Below are positions 1 to 11,192 of a stretch of 36,449 bases of DNA, in pieces. Under the pieces are notes generated by a model. It ran no database searches. It saw nothing but the letters and a program-made list of their open reading frames with translations, and was not told the origin of the DNA. The translations under genes and the position numbers were made by a program. The stretch's first letter is position 1, and each line of letters opens with the position of its first letter. This DNA is from Octopus bimaculoides (Eukaryota), in the NCBI RefSeq assembly GCF_001194135.2, contig NC_068988.1:17607129-17643577 (forward strand), in the 5' to 3' direction.

Positions 1-478
1 CGGGTGGTGGAATCAATTTGGTTTCACCATCCACCTTTTGTATGTACTTCCTGAACGCGTACAGACTCTCTTTTACAATTTTCAGTTCAATGGTGCTTCC
101 ACCAACAGCCTGAGAAAAACTTTGCTCTGGCATACTTTCTCCCTGAATGGGAGCGTTGCTTTCGGCTGTCGCCATTTTGTCAAAAAGACAAAAATAACAG
201 ACAAAAATTCTTGTCGCCAAGACAAATGAATGGTATTTTCCTGCCCCGTAGGGCGAAAAACTACTGTTAAACAAACAGTTACAAAAATGTCTCACAATAA
301 CAGACGTAAAAGAACTCACACAGACGTAGCAGCAAAGATATTTGAATCAAGATATAATACTCCAAACTCGAGAAAACGTTGAATGTCGTAGTCCTGTTTA
401 TGTCGTATTCCCGTAAAACCTATCCAATGCTTTTAGAAGTATTCTATTCTCTCTCGTTTCGCATACGAATAACAAATA
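1..478 (-). mobile_element. 5' end of a Tx1/L1-type ORF1 (gag-like) element, truncated by the window edge; ATG at 175
   Basis: 58 stop-free codons run from 175 to the edge (MATAESNAPIQGESMPEQSFSQAVGGSTIELKIVKESLYAFRKYIQKVDGETKLIPPP). IELKI...KV...LIPP aligns without gaps over 29 aa with IEIKV...RV...LTPP of the ORF1 at 18819. The upstream motif ttcgcat...aacaaata (458-478) also occurs upstream of that ORF. Confidence 0.6.
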
Positions 479-871
479 GATACAGAATTCTCATTAATTA
501 TTGCTAAAATGAAATTCTTTCTGCGCACGATATTTTCTATAAACATCCTATTTATTCTGCAGTCTAAAATCATTTATTTTTTCAAAAAATTCTTAGTATT
601 GGATTCTATGAAACATCTATGGCAGTTCAAATATTTTTAATGGTTTTCGTGAAGTTTTTAGATTCATGTTTTTTTATTCACATTCTGTCAAAATTTACAA
701 TTATCATACATATTCACATAGTTTTCACTTAAAGTAACTATATCAATCATTATGATCTAGCTTTTATTATGCATTGCGTTCCACTGTTACAAATTATTCT
801 TATGTTTCATGCAACAATATAATATCATATTGTTAATATGATGATAATAATATTAATAATAATAACAACAA

Positions 872-1324
872 CAAAAATCAATTACATCAAATACAGGATA
901 GACGACACATCAGAAAGTGATAAGTGCAGAATTTGTGGACAAAATAGTGAAACTATTGCATATTACCAGCCAGTGTGCGCCACTAGCCCAGAAAGAATAC
1001 ATGGGACGTCATGATAATATAGCAAGGTCGCCTTTTGGACACTTAGCAACAAGTATGGACTTGACAGCGCAAAAAAATGGTACGATCATAAACCCGAAGG
1101 CATCATCAAAAATGATAATGCAAAGATCTTATAGGATTTTATGATTCAGCGAGACCATGAGATAGAGAAAAGGAAGCAGACATAGTGTTAATTGAGAAAG
1201 AAAGCAAACTTGCTGGATTATAGATATAGCATGCCCAGCTGAAAACAGGGTATGCGATAAGGAAGAAAGAAAAATCAATTGATATGACAGGCTAGCTTGG
1301 GAGGTTAAGCAGTTGTGTTCGATA
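872..1324 (+). mobile_element. R4/Dong-clade non-LTR retrotransposon fragment (CCHC knuckle + restriction-like endonuclease), decayed
   Basis: Frameshift-corrected translation NYIKYRIDDTSESDKCRICGQNSETI.HITSQC...RHDNIAR...RK(P)DIVLIEKESK.CWIIDIACP...KEERKIN*YDRLAWEVKQL contains the CX2C..H..C, RHD, PD..D and K..Y..L motifs. The 5' end abuts an (AAT)n tract. Confidence 0.88.
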
Positions 1325-3165
1325 ATACCCTTGAGGCAAGCGGCTGTAAAACTAGAATTTCATGTATACATAACACAAGATTTAAAAATAAGATGGCAGG
1401 TTCACCACCCGGCCATACTGCGTTCGATCGGTGTGGAGGTAAGACATTTTTTAGTAGTAACCGTAGGAAGCAATTTTTTAGAAACAGCACGTGGAACGAT
1501 GGAAATATAAATAAAAACAAAAATATAAATAAAAATAAGGACACTTTAAATAGGCATACGATACCGGAAAATCCTAATATGGGGATATTTAAAACAAAAG
1601 TTTCGCGACCCAGAATAAGGGAAGTAATTTGGTTCACCCCCCCCCCTTTTCCCTCGGGGTAAGAAATTAACCAAAAATGTTTTTTAAGTTCCTGGAAAAT
1701 AATTTTCCTTGGGACCACAAATACTACAGTATCTGTAACAGGTCTACAATTAAGTGTTCCTACTCTGGAAAGCCTAATTTAGCATCGTTGCCTCTTTAAA
1801 TAGAAATAAAATAAATAAGTTAAAGCTATGCGAATATCCGTCTCAGGGAAACCTTGTTTCTAATAAAACCAACTATAAACCACACGACGATAGTGGGACG
1901 GGCTCTTCATTCCCTCGGATTGTGCCTAAATCTGGGAATGAGATAAGTGGAATGGCTGATAAGAATAAATTTGTAAGGGTGGTTAATGACGTTGGAATAA
2001 GTTTAAGGGTGGCCGTAAAAATTTATGGAATTGTAGGGACCCTTTTTTATGTCCTCTCGGCGGACTTTGTTTCTTCACAAACGTCGTGTATAAATGCATA
2101 GTCAGAGATGAGGACAAACAAAATAAATTTTATATTGGAAGTTCAGTGAATTTTAAAGCCAGGTATAGAGCGCACATTAGTTCTTTCTCAAATGAGAAAT
2201 ACTATAATTCCACAACACTCGCCTCTTACCTGCATGACTTCAAGAGGAGGAATAAGAAGTACTCTCTTGAATGGTCAATTTTATCTGGAACCCCCCAATT
2301 TAAGGCTAATATTAGCAAGTGTTTATTATATATTAGGGAATCCCTTTCCATTCTTAGGTATTTTGGGCCGAAAACTTTGAATAAGTTTATTGAGGTAATC
2401 CCTTTTTGCAATCATAAATTTTCCTCCACCTTCCTAAAACTATATAAAAATAAAAATAAGAACAAAAATAATAGTATTAGTAGTGGTAATAATGGTAGTA
2501 ATTGTGATAATAATAGTAATGATAGAAATAAAAATAAAAAGACAAAAATATAGATATAAAAATAATAATAAAAATATGGATACAATGGTTAGTATTTATT
2601 TATTATCATAGCTTACGATGGATTTGAAACCTAATAGTTTTAATTCCTAAACCTGCTTGACTATTCTGAACGGTATTTAATTTTTTTTAATTTTTTTTTT
2701 TTAGGTCTAGTCCATATTATCTATATAAGCTTGCTCTCATAATATAATTTCTTTTTACTGGTGCTTTCGTTGATATTTGCGTGTGTTCTTTTCTATGGTG
2801 CTCTAAATACGGTGATGTACCCCGAAATGGCCATAGGTGTTTTGTTTGTATTCTGACCTATATTTGTAATCCTTTGTAGAGGATGTTAAATTATGGATTG
2901 ATTTTACCGATGTTACTTGCTGGATGTTAGTTTAATGTATCGACTTGTGTGCCTTGATTTTCTTGAACTTAAATAACGTTGATGGTGAAATATGGATTTT
3001 ACCCTGTTACACATTGGATGTTATGTTGTTATGTCGTCCCGTGTACTTCGGTATTCCTGTGTATGAATTACGAAATTGGATTTTACCTGCTAAATTTGCT
3101 GTCCTGAGAGAAGTAATGAAGTTTCGTACAATTTAAACTTATTTTATTAGACATTAATCTGAACG
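1325..3165 (+). mobile_element. Penelope-like element remnant (linker + Cys-rich + GIY-YIG endonuclease + long 3' region); no RT visible
   Basis: Motifs in order: REVIWFTPPF, FLENNFPWDHKYYSICNRSTIKCSYS, WNCRDPFLCPLGGLC, VVY...FYIG...KARYRAHISSF, EWSIL, C.L..RE, LNK..E..FCNHK. The right boundary is uncertain because of the 10-N gap at 3166-3175; related sequence may continue to about 3470. Confidence 0.85.
1990..2553 (+). pseudogene. GIY-YIG endonuclease reading frame of the PLE (upstream part from ATG 1393 is frameshifted)
   Basis: Open frame 1990-2553 with Cys-rich motif from 2026, VVY at 2083-2091, FYIG at 2128-2139 and the Arg, Glu and Asn motifs typical of GIY-YIG nucleases. Confidence 0.85.
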
Positions 3166-3872
3166 NNNNNNNNNNTATATATATATATATATATTCCACT
3201 ATATCTGTACCGCTCTATAATATTTTTAATCACGTTTTTAATCGCAGTTTATTTATTTGTTATTCTATTATATTTTTTAATCGATATTATTCTTATGTAT
3301 AAAATTTTTACTTCCCTTTTCCTACTTTGGTTTTGTGGTTTATGCTGTACCTCCTATGTGTGGTCATCGGTGGGTTGTGGCTTTTTGAGTCGTTGACCTA
3401 ATAGTTTTAATCTGCAATTAATTTTATATATATTTATATATATATATATTTTTATATATATATATATATGCAGGTACATTGACATATCCTTTTACATATT
3501 TTTATATTAAGGCTTACCCTTCGGAGATGCTCAAAGCAAGATATTTCTTCTAGTCACTATACCCATGGTAAAAAATAAAGAAAATGCATTTTCGCTAGTA
3601 TTGATTTCGCTATTAGGACTTCTAATAAAAGGTGTCAAATTAGTTTCTGTGAGTTTTCTGCTTAATTTTAAATGTGAACCTAAAGTATTTTAGATTCCTT
3701 ATCTAGGAGTAACTAATCGTTTTAGAAGCGAAGCTGCTGAAGATTAAATGGAGATATACAATCATATGCGCACACAACAACATATATATATTTCAAATAC
3801 TATACTTAAGTTGAACAGTATAAAACAATTCATCAGTATACTTGGTAATATCTATCATAAAGCCTTCTATTT

Positions 3873-4262
3873 GTTGTTGTTGTTGGCACTCCGTCGCTTA
3901 CGGCGTCGAGGATTCCAGTTCATCCGATCAACGGAACAGCCTGCTCGTGAAATTAACGTGCAAGTGGCTGAGCACTCTACAGACACGTGTACCCTTAATG
4001 TAGTTCTCGGGGATATTCAGCATGACACAGTGTGACAAGGCTGACAATCTGAATTACAAGTACAGCAGAAACAGGAAGAAAGAGTGAGAGAAAGTTGTGG
4101 TGAAAGAGTACAGCAGGGTTCGCCACCAACCCCGGCCGGAGCCTCGTGGAGCTTTAGGTGTTTTCGCTCAATAAACACCCACAACGCCCGGTCAGGGAAT
4201 CGAAACCGCGATCCTACGACCGCGAGTCCACTGCCCTAAGAACTGGGCCATTGCGCCTCCAC
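3873..4262 (-). mobile_element. tRNA-derived SINE, family A, full length with 14-bp TSD
   Basis: Head GTGGAGGCGCAATGGCCCAG with A and B boxes, (AAC)n tail, perfect TSD aaagccttctattt at 3859-3872 and 4263-4276; about 90% identical over the head to 13664-14056. Confidence 0.93.
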
Positions 4263-4387
4263 AAAGCCTTCTATTTACCTACCTACCTACTTACCTTCTT
4301 CACTGCCTACCTATTTAGCAACCTATTTATTAATCTATCTAACTGTCTATATATTTCTATCTGTTTCTATTTATTTCTATATATCTA

Positions 4388-5269
4388 CTAGCTGTTTTTC
4401 CCGGTTTCACTCGTGCAGTGTGGTGGATTTGGTTAAAAGCAATTTCCTATGTATATTTTGAATAATAAAAAGAACTAAAAATAAAAAAATTGCAAACATT
4501 CCAAAAACAAAAAAAAGTAAGAGCAACCCAAAAACAATACGATGCTAAGGATTTTGCGGGTCGATATTGTAAAACTAACTTCACATGCGTACCCATAGCC
4601 CCATGTAGTCACGGGACCTTATTTGTGGTATAACCTCGCTTTAAAAGAAAAATATATGGTAGTGCGGTTGTTGTATTGGCGACACAAGAATGTTAATCGA
4701 AACTGCTCAAGATCAATCATAGGTTGGACGTTCATGTACACTGATTAGAATTGTGAATTTCAATTATTGAAAACGTGTTCCTGGATGCATACAATTGTGC
4801 AGAGTCCATTTGTCTCAATATGGAAAAGCTGTTTGAATGTCGACGTTTGAAGACATTTGTAACTGAAGTTAAAAAAAACATAGTAATTAGAAAGAGCGTA
4901 ATGCACAAAATTGAAATTATTTTTTTTTCTTTGCCTCTGATTAAGATTTTCGAAAAACAAACCCAGCCACATTACTTGGAAAAAAATAATCTTTATTGTG
5001 CTGGTTTTTCGTAAAATTTCGCGCATGCGAAAGGCAACAAAATCGCCCCTCACCACTTTGAATGGGATACTCCTATCGTATAAAGTAATAACCGATTATC
5101 TCGGTAACCATGGGAGTTGGAGGGCAATAAATATCTCCTGAACATGAGCGGACCATGCTGCTGCTCTGTGCTGAATTTCACGCGATTCCACTGCACCGTT
5201 CTCGAGTGAATCTGCCGACACTCAATCAATCAATCAAGCAATCAAGAACACTGCAATTTATAGTATAGA
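4388..5269 (-). mobile_element. Non-autonomous Helitron (Lep1/MINE-like termini), 882 bp
   Basis: Minus strand reads A|TCTATACTATAAA...(GATT)n...CACGAGTGAAACCGGG-AAAAACAG-CTAG|T. This gives 5' TC, 3' CTAG, a decayed subterminal hairpin (4400-4415), an A|T insertion site and no TSD. Confidence 0.8.
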
Positions 5270-5317
5270 TAACTCTATATCTCTTTTTTCTACATCGCTC
5301 TCTGTCGCTATTTATTT

Positions 5318-5352
<35 letters not shown>

Positions 5353-5654
5353 GTCTCTCAGTATATAAAGAATAATGACTGAAATATTTTTGAGATTATC
5401 ATTGCATGCGTTTAAAGACTTAGGAATATCTAAATTCTCTAAGAAAACATGAAAATTGTTGGGCAAAACGTTTTACAGTATTTCCAAGAGATTTTTCAAT
5501 GAGTATTAAAGAATAGGGATTATGTTCCTATTTTGTGTGTGTTTATTTCTTTCTATACTACCTGTCATGCTGTGATAAGCAATGAAAAGGAAAATGTGTG
5601 CATCCATTGTACGTATGTGTTTCTCTCATTGCATACACACACAGATATGTGTAT

Positions 5655-5900
5655 GGATATATATATATATATGTACGTATGGATATATATATATATATGT
5701 NNNNNNNNNNNNNNNNNNNNNNNNNNNNNNNNNNNNNNNNNNNNNNNNNNNNNNNNNNNNNNNNNNNNNNNNNNNNNNNNNNNNNNNNNNNNNNNNNNNN
5801 TATATATATATATATATGTACGTATGGATATATATATATATATATGTACATATTTATGTTTGCGTGTATATATATGTATATATATATATATACATATATA
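5655..5900. repeat. (TA)n-rich minisatellite (gtacgtatggatatatat units) around a 100-N gap (5701-5800)
   Basis: Directly visible; the same unit is present on both sides of the gap. Confidence 0.9.
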
Positions 5901-6814
5901 TATATGTGTGTGTGTGTGTGTATGCATATATATAGGTCTATACGTTCGTGTACACACATGTATGTGGGGGTGTATACTCAGCGAGACGGAGAATTAAAAA
6001 AAAAACTTATATTCTAAAACGTATGGATATAATTCCTATTCGTATTATGATGATAATTCATTTCCTTTTATATAGTAATTATATTTCCAAATTTAGAATC
6101 AACATCATTTTTCTAAATTATTATTGGAATACTTGATGGATAAATCCAATTATTTAAATATAGACCTGTCGATTTAGGCGAGTAATTTGAGCAGAAAGTA
6201 CTGTGTCAAACTAATGCGTAATTCGCTTCAGGAATGGTTACTGTTTTGAAAAAATTCTATCTTTAGTTATTTAGATACTTCAGTTTAATAATCGAAGTAT
6301 AAAGAACAAGTCATCATCATCATTATTATTATTATTATTATCAGCATCATCATCATCGTCACCATCATCATCATTCAATAGTCCCGAATGTCTTGGTTCC
6401 TTGTGGCTGATAAAAGATATCAGTATTATTATTATTAGTTTTCATGCTCACATTGGTTAATTGGGATTCTCTTAGAACCATCACATGTAACTCAGTGGCC
6501 CGAAGTAAGTGCAGTATTATATATTTAGAACAGCCAACCGGGTTTTTAGACTGTACCAATTTAGCGATGTCGAGGGCTAAATTAGCTTGTTTTAACAGTA
6601 CTTTGATTTATTTTTTATTTTTTCCTGTCGAGGAATCATCTGTAGCATGGCCATTTTTGTCGTTATTGCTTTGTATGTACTTTGGTATTGGTGTGCTTTA
6701 GCGTCAGGATTTAGTTTGGCATTTATTGTGTGATTTGTGGGGAAACATGGCTTGCAGGATTGTAGAACGTGCGATATATGAATTAGTGCTATAATATCGG
6801 ATATTAATTATCTA

Positions 6815-7085
6815 GGAGTACGTGATATTTTTTTAGTTATGAAGGTGCGATCGTGAGTTCGATTCCCGGACCGGGCGGCACATTTGTTCTTGAGCAATGC
6901 ACTTCCTTTCACATTGCCTACAATTGTTTTACTGTGTGGTACACATGTACATCTGTACAGACAACGTTGATTTGATGGAGGACGTGAGATAATGTACAGC
7001 ACAGACATTTAATTACTATGAACAAACAATTTTCACAAATTGTTCATCAAAAACTGAACTCGCGTCCGCCCTCTCCGACGGGAGA
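6815..7085 (+). mobile_element. tRNA-derived SINE, family D, decayed
   Basis: B box gagttcgattccc at 6855-6867, CORE-like ttcttgagcaa segment; collinear with 29170-29460. Confidence 0.7.
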
Positions 7086-7144
7086 TTCCATCTATTGGTT
7101 GTTGAACATATAGAATATCTAATGAATGAGTTAAATTCTTTTAT

Positions 7145-7433
7145 CGGGTGTTTAGTGATTGTTCTCTCTAGGTTGTGCTACTGATTTTAAACTTAGTCAG
7201 CGAGACGTGCACGTTGGATGCACTCAGCAGAAATATTTTTTGGAATTTGTTCAACAACGTTGATTATCCTGCGTGATTTGGATCATATTCATGCATTTTT
7301 GATTGTCATGTGTACTGTCCAATTATAATTGGTATTATTCCCATTTTTCATGCCCCACATTTTTGCTTCTTGGGTAGGGTGAGATTTGAAAATCCTTCCG
7401 TATTGTTTGCTTCTCGGCCTCTTTTTTACACAC
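7145..7433 (-). mobile_element. R4/Dong LINE C-terminal/3' fragment, highly decayed
   Basis: Minus-strand translation with frameshifts gives KEAEKQTIRKDFQI...MWGMK..IIPIIIG...FQKIFLLS, matching the R4/Dong C-terminus. The 5' end abuts (AAT)n. Confidence 0.62.
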
Positions 7434-7454
7434 TTATCATTATTATTATTATTA

Positions 7455-7680
7455 AGGCGGTGAGCTGGCAGAATCGTTAGCACACCCGGCGAAATGCTTA
7501 GCGATATTTCATCCGTCTTCACGTTCCGAGTTCAAATTCCGCTGAGGTTGACTTTGCCTTTCATCCATTCGTGGTCGAAAAAATACGTACCAGTGAAACA
7601 GAGGGGTCGATGTAATCGACTTAGTCACTCCCCCGAACTTTCTGACCCTGTGCCAAAATCTGAAACCATTATTACTATCA
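7455..7680 (+). mobile_element. tRNA-derived SINE, family B (GGCGGTGAGCTGGCAGAATCGTTAG head)
   Basis: B box gagttcaaattcc, central gactttgcctttcatcc domain, flanked by (ATT)n; homologous to 24618 and 25439. Confidence 0.9.
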
Positions 7681-8023
7681 TTATTGTTGTTCTTGTTGCT
7701 GGTGTTGTGCTTTGAAATAGTCGGAAGAAAGAATTGGATTGCTATAAAGTTTCACCAAATGAATATATATTTGTTTTTATTTTTTTGCTTTTAAATTATT
7801 TTACAAACAGGATTTTGGTATATTTATGTTAGATTCTTCTAGAGAAACATCAGGTTGTACTAATAAGAAAAGAAATAACGCTGGATATACCACTTTCAAC
7901 TAAATGCCGAATATTTTTCGAATATACGAAACGTATTCTAAAGTGTCACACGTCGCAATATGACACTCGTAAATGCAAATTCACATGACATAAATATGTG
8001 AACTGTCAACAATAATGAAGACA

Positions 8024-8397
8024 AAATGGCTGGCACTCCGTCGCTTACGACGACGTGGATTCCAGTTGATCCAATCAACGGAACAGCCTGCTCGTTAAAT
8101 TAACGTGCAAGTGGCTGAGCACTCCAGAGACACGTGAAACCTCGGGGATATTCAATGTGACACAGTGTGACAAGACTGACCCTTTGAATTACAGGTAGAA
8201 CAAAAGCAGGAAGTAAGAGTGAGAGAAAGTTGTGGTGAAAGAGTACAGCAGGGTTTGCCACCATCCCCTGCCGGAGCCTCGTGCAGCTTTAGGTGTTTTC
8301 GCTCAATAAACACTCACAACGCCCGGTTTGGGAATCGAAACCATGATCCTATGACCGCGAGTCCGCTGCCGTAACCACTGGACCATTGCGCCTCCAC
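8024..8397 (-). mobile_element. tRNA-derived SINE, family A, with 10-bp TSD and a small internal deletion
   Basis: Collinear with 3873-4262; TSD aatgaagaca at 8014-8023 and 8398-8407. Confidence 0.92.
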
Positions 8398-9530
8398 AAT
8401 GAAGACACAAACATACGACATATTACCAAATATTTTATCAATAGACAGATAATGCTAGCATTTACAAAGTTAAGGCAATTTAAGACATTGGATTAATTTT
8501 ATGAAAATTGAAATGCGTGACCCCTAGATAGCATGAGGAATTTACCCAACAGAAAGTGAAGGCAGAGTGAGAGACTTCATTATTACTATCAAAGAAAATT
8601 TAAAGGAAGAGGAAAACGATGTAAGATGCATACAGTATCTATTTATAGAAAGAGGACACACCAAGAGGACGTAGTAAGAGGAAATAGTATGATATCTGCT
8701 GGTCGGGATAACGGAGGGTGTCAAAATCAGAGAGCCTCACCGCATGCTAACCGTCTTTTCCGTTTCTTTTATCCAACCCAAACCATGGGCTGCTTCCTTT
8801 TAACGATATTGACTTTCTTTAATGAAGTAACCATAGCGAGTAATAGCGGATATGTATTAATAGTATATATTAATCTTACTGTATATAATGAAAGTATTAA
8901 CGAAGATATACATAGAATGTTACTATAACTGCTGTTTAGATGTAAAGACTGACTTGGAATGAACGGACGTTCGTCAGAATTTAGCGAGAGAAAATCCAAA
9001 TAAACTCTAAAAATACCAATTGATATTGTCCAGCTCTGACACATTAGAATGGCTCCAAATGAAATAAAGTAGATTCCTTTGTTTAAAGCCATGAGATATT
9101 AGTTAACGAGCCAATCGCTTCAGAAGATGCAAAGTGTGAAAATAAATGCTCGAATCATATTGTATTTGTGAAACTTCTAAACAAGTAAAATATATTTTGT
9201 ACAAGATTGTTTGATAGGGAAAAGTATTCTGAGAAAAAAAAAAATAGTTGTTTTTAATAAGCAACAATAGAAAGTTAATATCTAAGTAAATTAGCAATGA
9301 TGAATTAATGTACATGTGAAGACTAAAATGACAAACGCTGATATTTCGAACGACAAAATAAGTTTAAGATTACATAATATTAAAAAATATTTCGGATTAA
9401 AATGTCCGAAAATTAATGTTGGCAATATGTGCTTGCCTTAATCGCCGCGTTAAAAATCTAACAACCGATAGGAGTTTTTTTTAATTTTTTTATAGGAAAT
9501 GAACATGAGTAGAGACATCGAAACATCCAC

Positions 9531-9622
9531 TGTAGTCTCGGATTAACCACGTGTGGAAAGAGATGGAACCTTTTCAAATATCTCTTTAGCATATATATAT
9601 GTATTTATATATATATATGCAC

Positions 9623-9654
<32 letters not shown>

Positions 9655-10128
9655 CCTGGTTTCTCGCCATTTCCGCTTTACTGGTCATTCACTACAACAC
9701 CTGTCTGTGTTCGGATTGTCTGTGCACAGGAAGTCCATCCGGAACAGGAATTAATCTTCTCTTTTCGCTGCTTTGCACCACATGGGCTGCACTCACCTCC
9801 TCTCTTCATCTGACACCTAGTTTCTCTCTTCACTCCTACCCACCTTCTCTCTTCATTGATACCCCCTCCAACCACCAACCACCCCACACATCCCATTACC
9901 ACATACCCCAACCCTTCCTCACATCTCCTTCACACGCACATCCCTACCCACACCAACAAACCCATACCACCACACAACATCACTCCACACACGCTAGCAC
10001 CGACCACTTCCTATTACCACACAAGAGTGTCTGTATATATAGATATATATGTATATATATTAGAGAGATATTTGAAAAGGTTCCATCTCCTTCCTATAGA
10101 TAGACCAGGTTTTATATCTATCTATCTA

Positions 10129-10173
<45 letters not shown>

Positions 10174-10560
10174 TATTTGAAAAGGTTCCATCTCCTTCCG
10201 CACGTGGTCAATCCGAGGCTACACCATCATCTGCACGCCAACACACCATCGTCCACACACCTACACTTTACAGCCGCACACACTTATACATGCACACATC
10301 CACACAAGTCAAAATCACTAACCCCTATCCATACACACACACATTCTCACACACGCGTACACGCACCTTCATTTGGGGTTCACCGATACTTTATTACCTA
10401 CCCTTCTTTCTACTTCTCCTGTCAAACCTTTTTTTTTTACCCAACCAGTCACCATGCTTGATCGCCAAATCCACACGTTTTCTTATTCTCTCTGTTTATT
10501 TTCTCTCATTTATTTCTGTTGAAGAGCGTAGGCTCGAAACGTAAAATACTTTCACGCTGT
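9531..10560 (+). mobile_element. Second Penelope-like element cluster: inverted terminus + EN C-terminus + tandem pLTR-like ends, all joined to (TA)n
   Basis: 9659-9813 translates (one frameshift) as VSRHFRFTGHSLQHLSVFGL...EQELIFSFRCFAPHGLHSPPLFI*, a PLE GIY-YIG C-terminus. 10062-10094 is identical to 10167-10199, and 9531-9585 is an inverted copy of about 10169-10223. Confidence 0.8.
10511..10548 (+). ncRNA. Minimal type I hammerhead ribozyme motif (PLE type), variant core
   Basis: UAUUU-CUGUUGA-A-GAGC(GUAG)GCUC-GAA-ACGU-A-AAAUA: 5-bp stem I, 4-bp stem II, palindromic ACGU stem III, GUA cleavage triplet (A10543). Confidence 0.72.
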
Positions 10561-11132
10561 TGCCCCTAAAGAAAGATGAACCCACCAATTAAATTTCTAG
10601 CTCAGTCATTTACTCAACGGCTTGAAGCGTTACATTGCAAAATGGTATGATTCAAATATATTCAGCCTTCATTCTCTTACTTTTTATCTTTGGTTCATGG
10701 GACTACGGTTAAGGTGGCTCCGTCATTTACACGTTCCATCCTTGCTACATTCACCCATCTTTTCGTGAAACTTTCATTAGACAAAACTGCCCTCTCTACT
10801 CTTATCTTCCTTTTCAAGTTAAACTTGAAACAGTTGATGAGTGATTGACCTGAGAAGAAAATGTTTGTTTCTAGGCCTTTCAAACGCGTCCACTATTCAC
10901 ATTCTTTCACTATAGCCACTATACAATGAAAACAGCTCCTCCTTCCCGTTTGAAGGAAGGAGGTGGGGCAATATTAACGATAGACTCGGTTGATAAACCA
11001 ACTCGTCCCACATGTGACGTGAGTTGTTCGACATAAACCCATAGGTCAGAAACGGTTTGACACTGCTCTATTGACATTGAGCAGATACCCATCCAACGAC
11101 TATAGCTAATGTTATTGTTACTAACTAACCCC

Positions 11133-11133
11133 G

Positions 11134-11190
<57 letters not shown>
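11133..11190. repeat. (CT)n microsatellite
   Basis: Directly visible. Confidence 0.95.

Positions 11191-11192
<2 letters not shown>

Noticed and set aside
4760-4870. PIF1 helicase remnant inside the Helitron (AQLYASR)
   Set aside because: Only a few residues resemble the QLYVA.SR motif; too weak without a search.
7918-8003. Small hairpins (also 6557-6582, 10938-10963, 16347-16367)
   Set aside because: Stems of 6-8 bp are expected by chance at this length and composition.
8535-8670. L1-ORF1-like peptide GIYPTESEGRVRDF...IERGH
   Set aside because: The resemblance is short and vague, with no supporting flanking features.
9113-9157. Hammerhead-like cagaagat...gtgaaa
   Set aside because: The core has A in place of U4, and there is no stem III or cleavage triplet.
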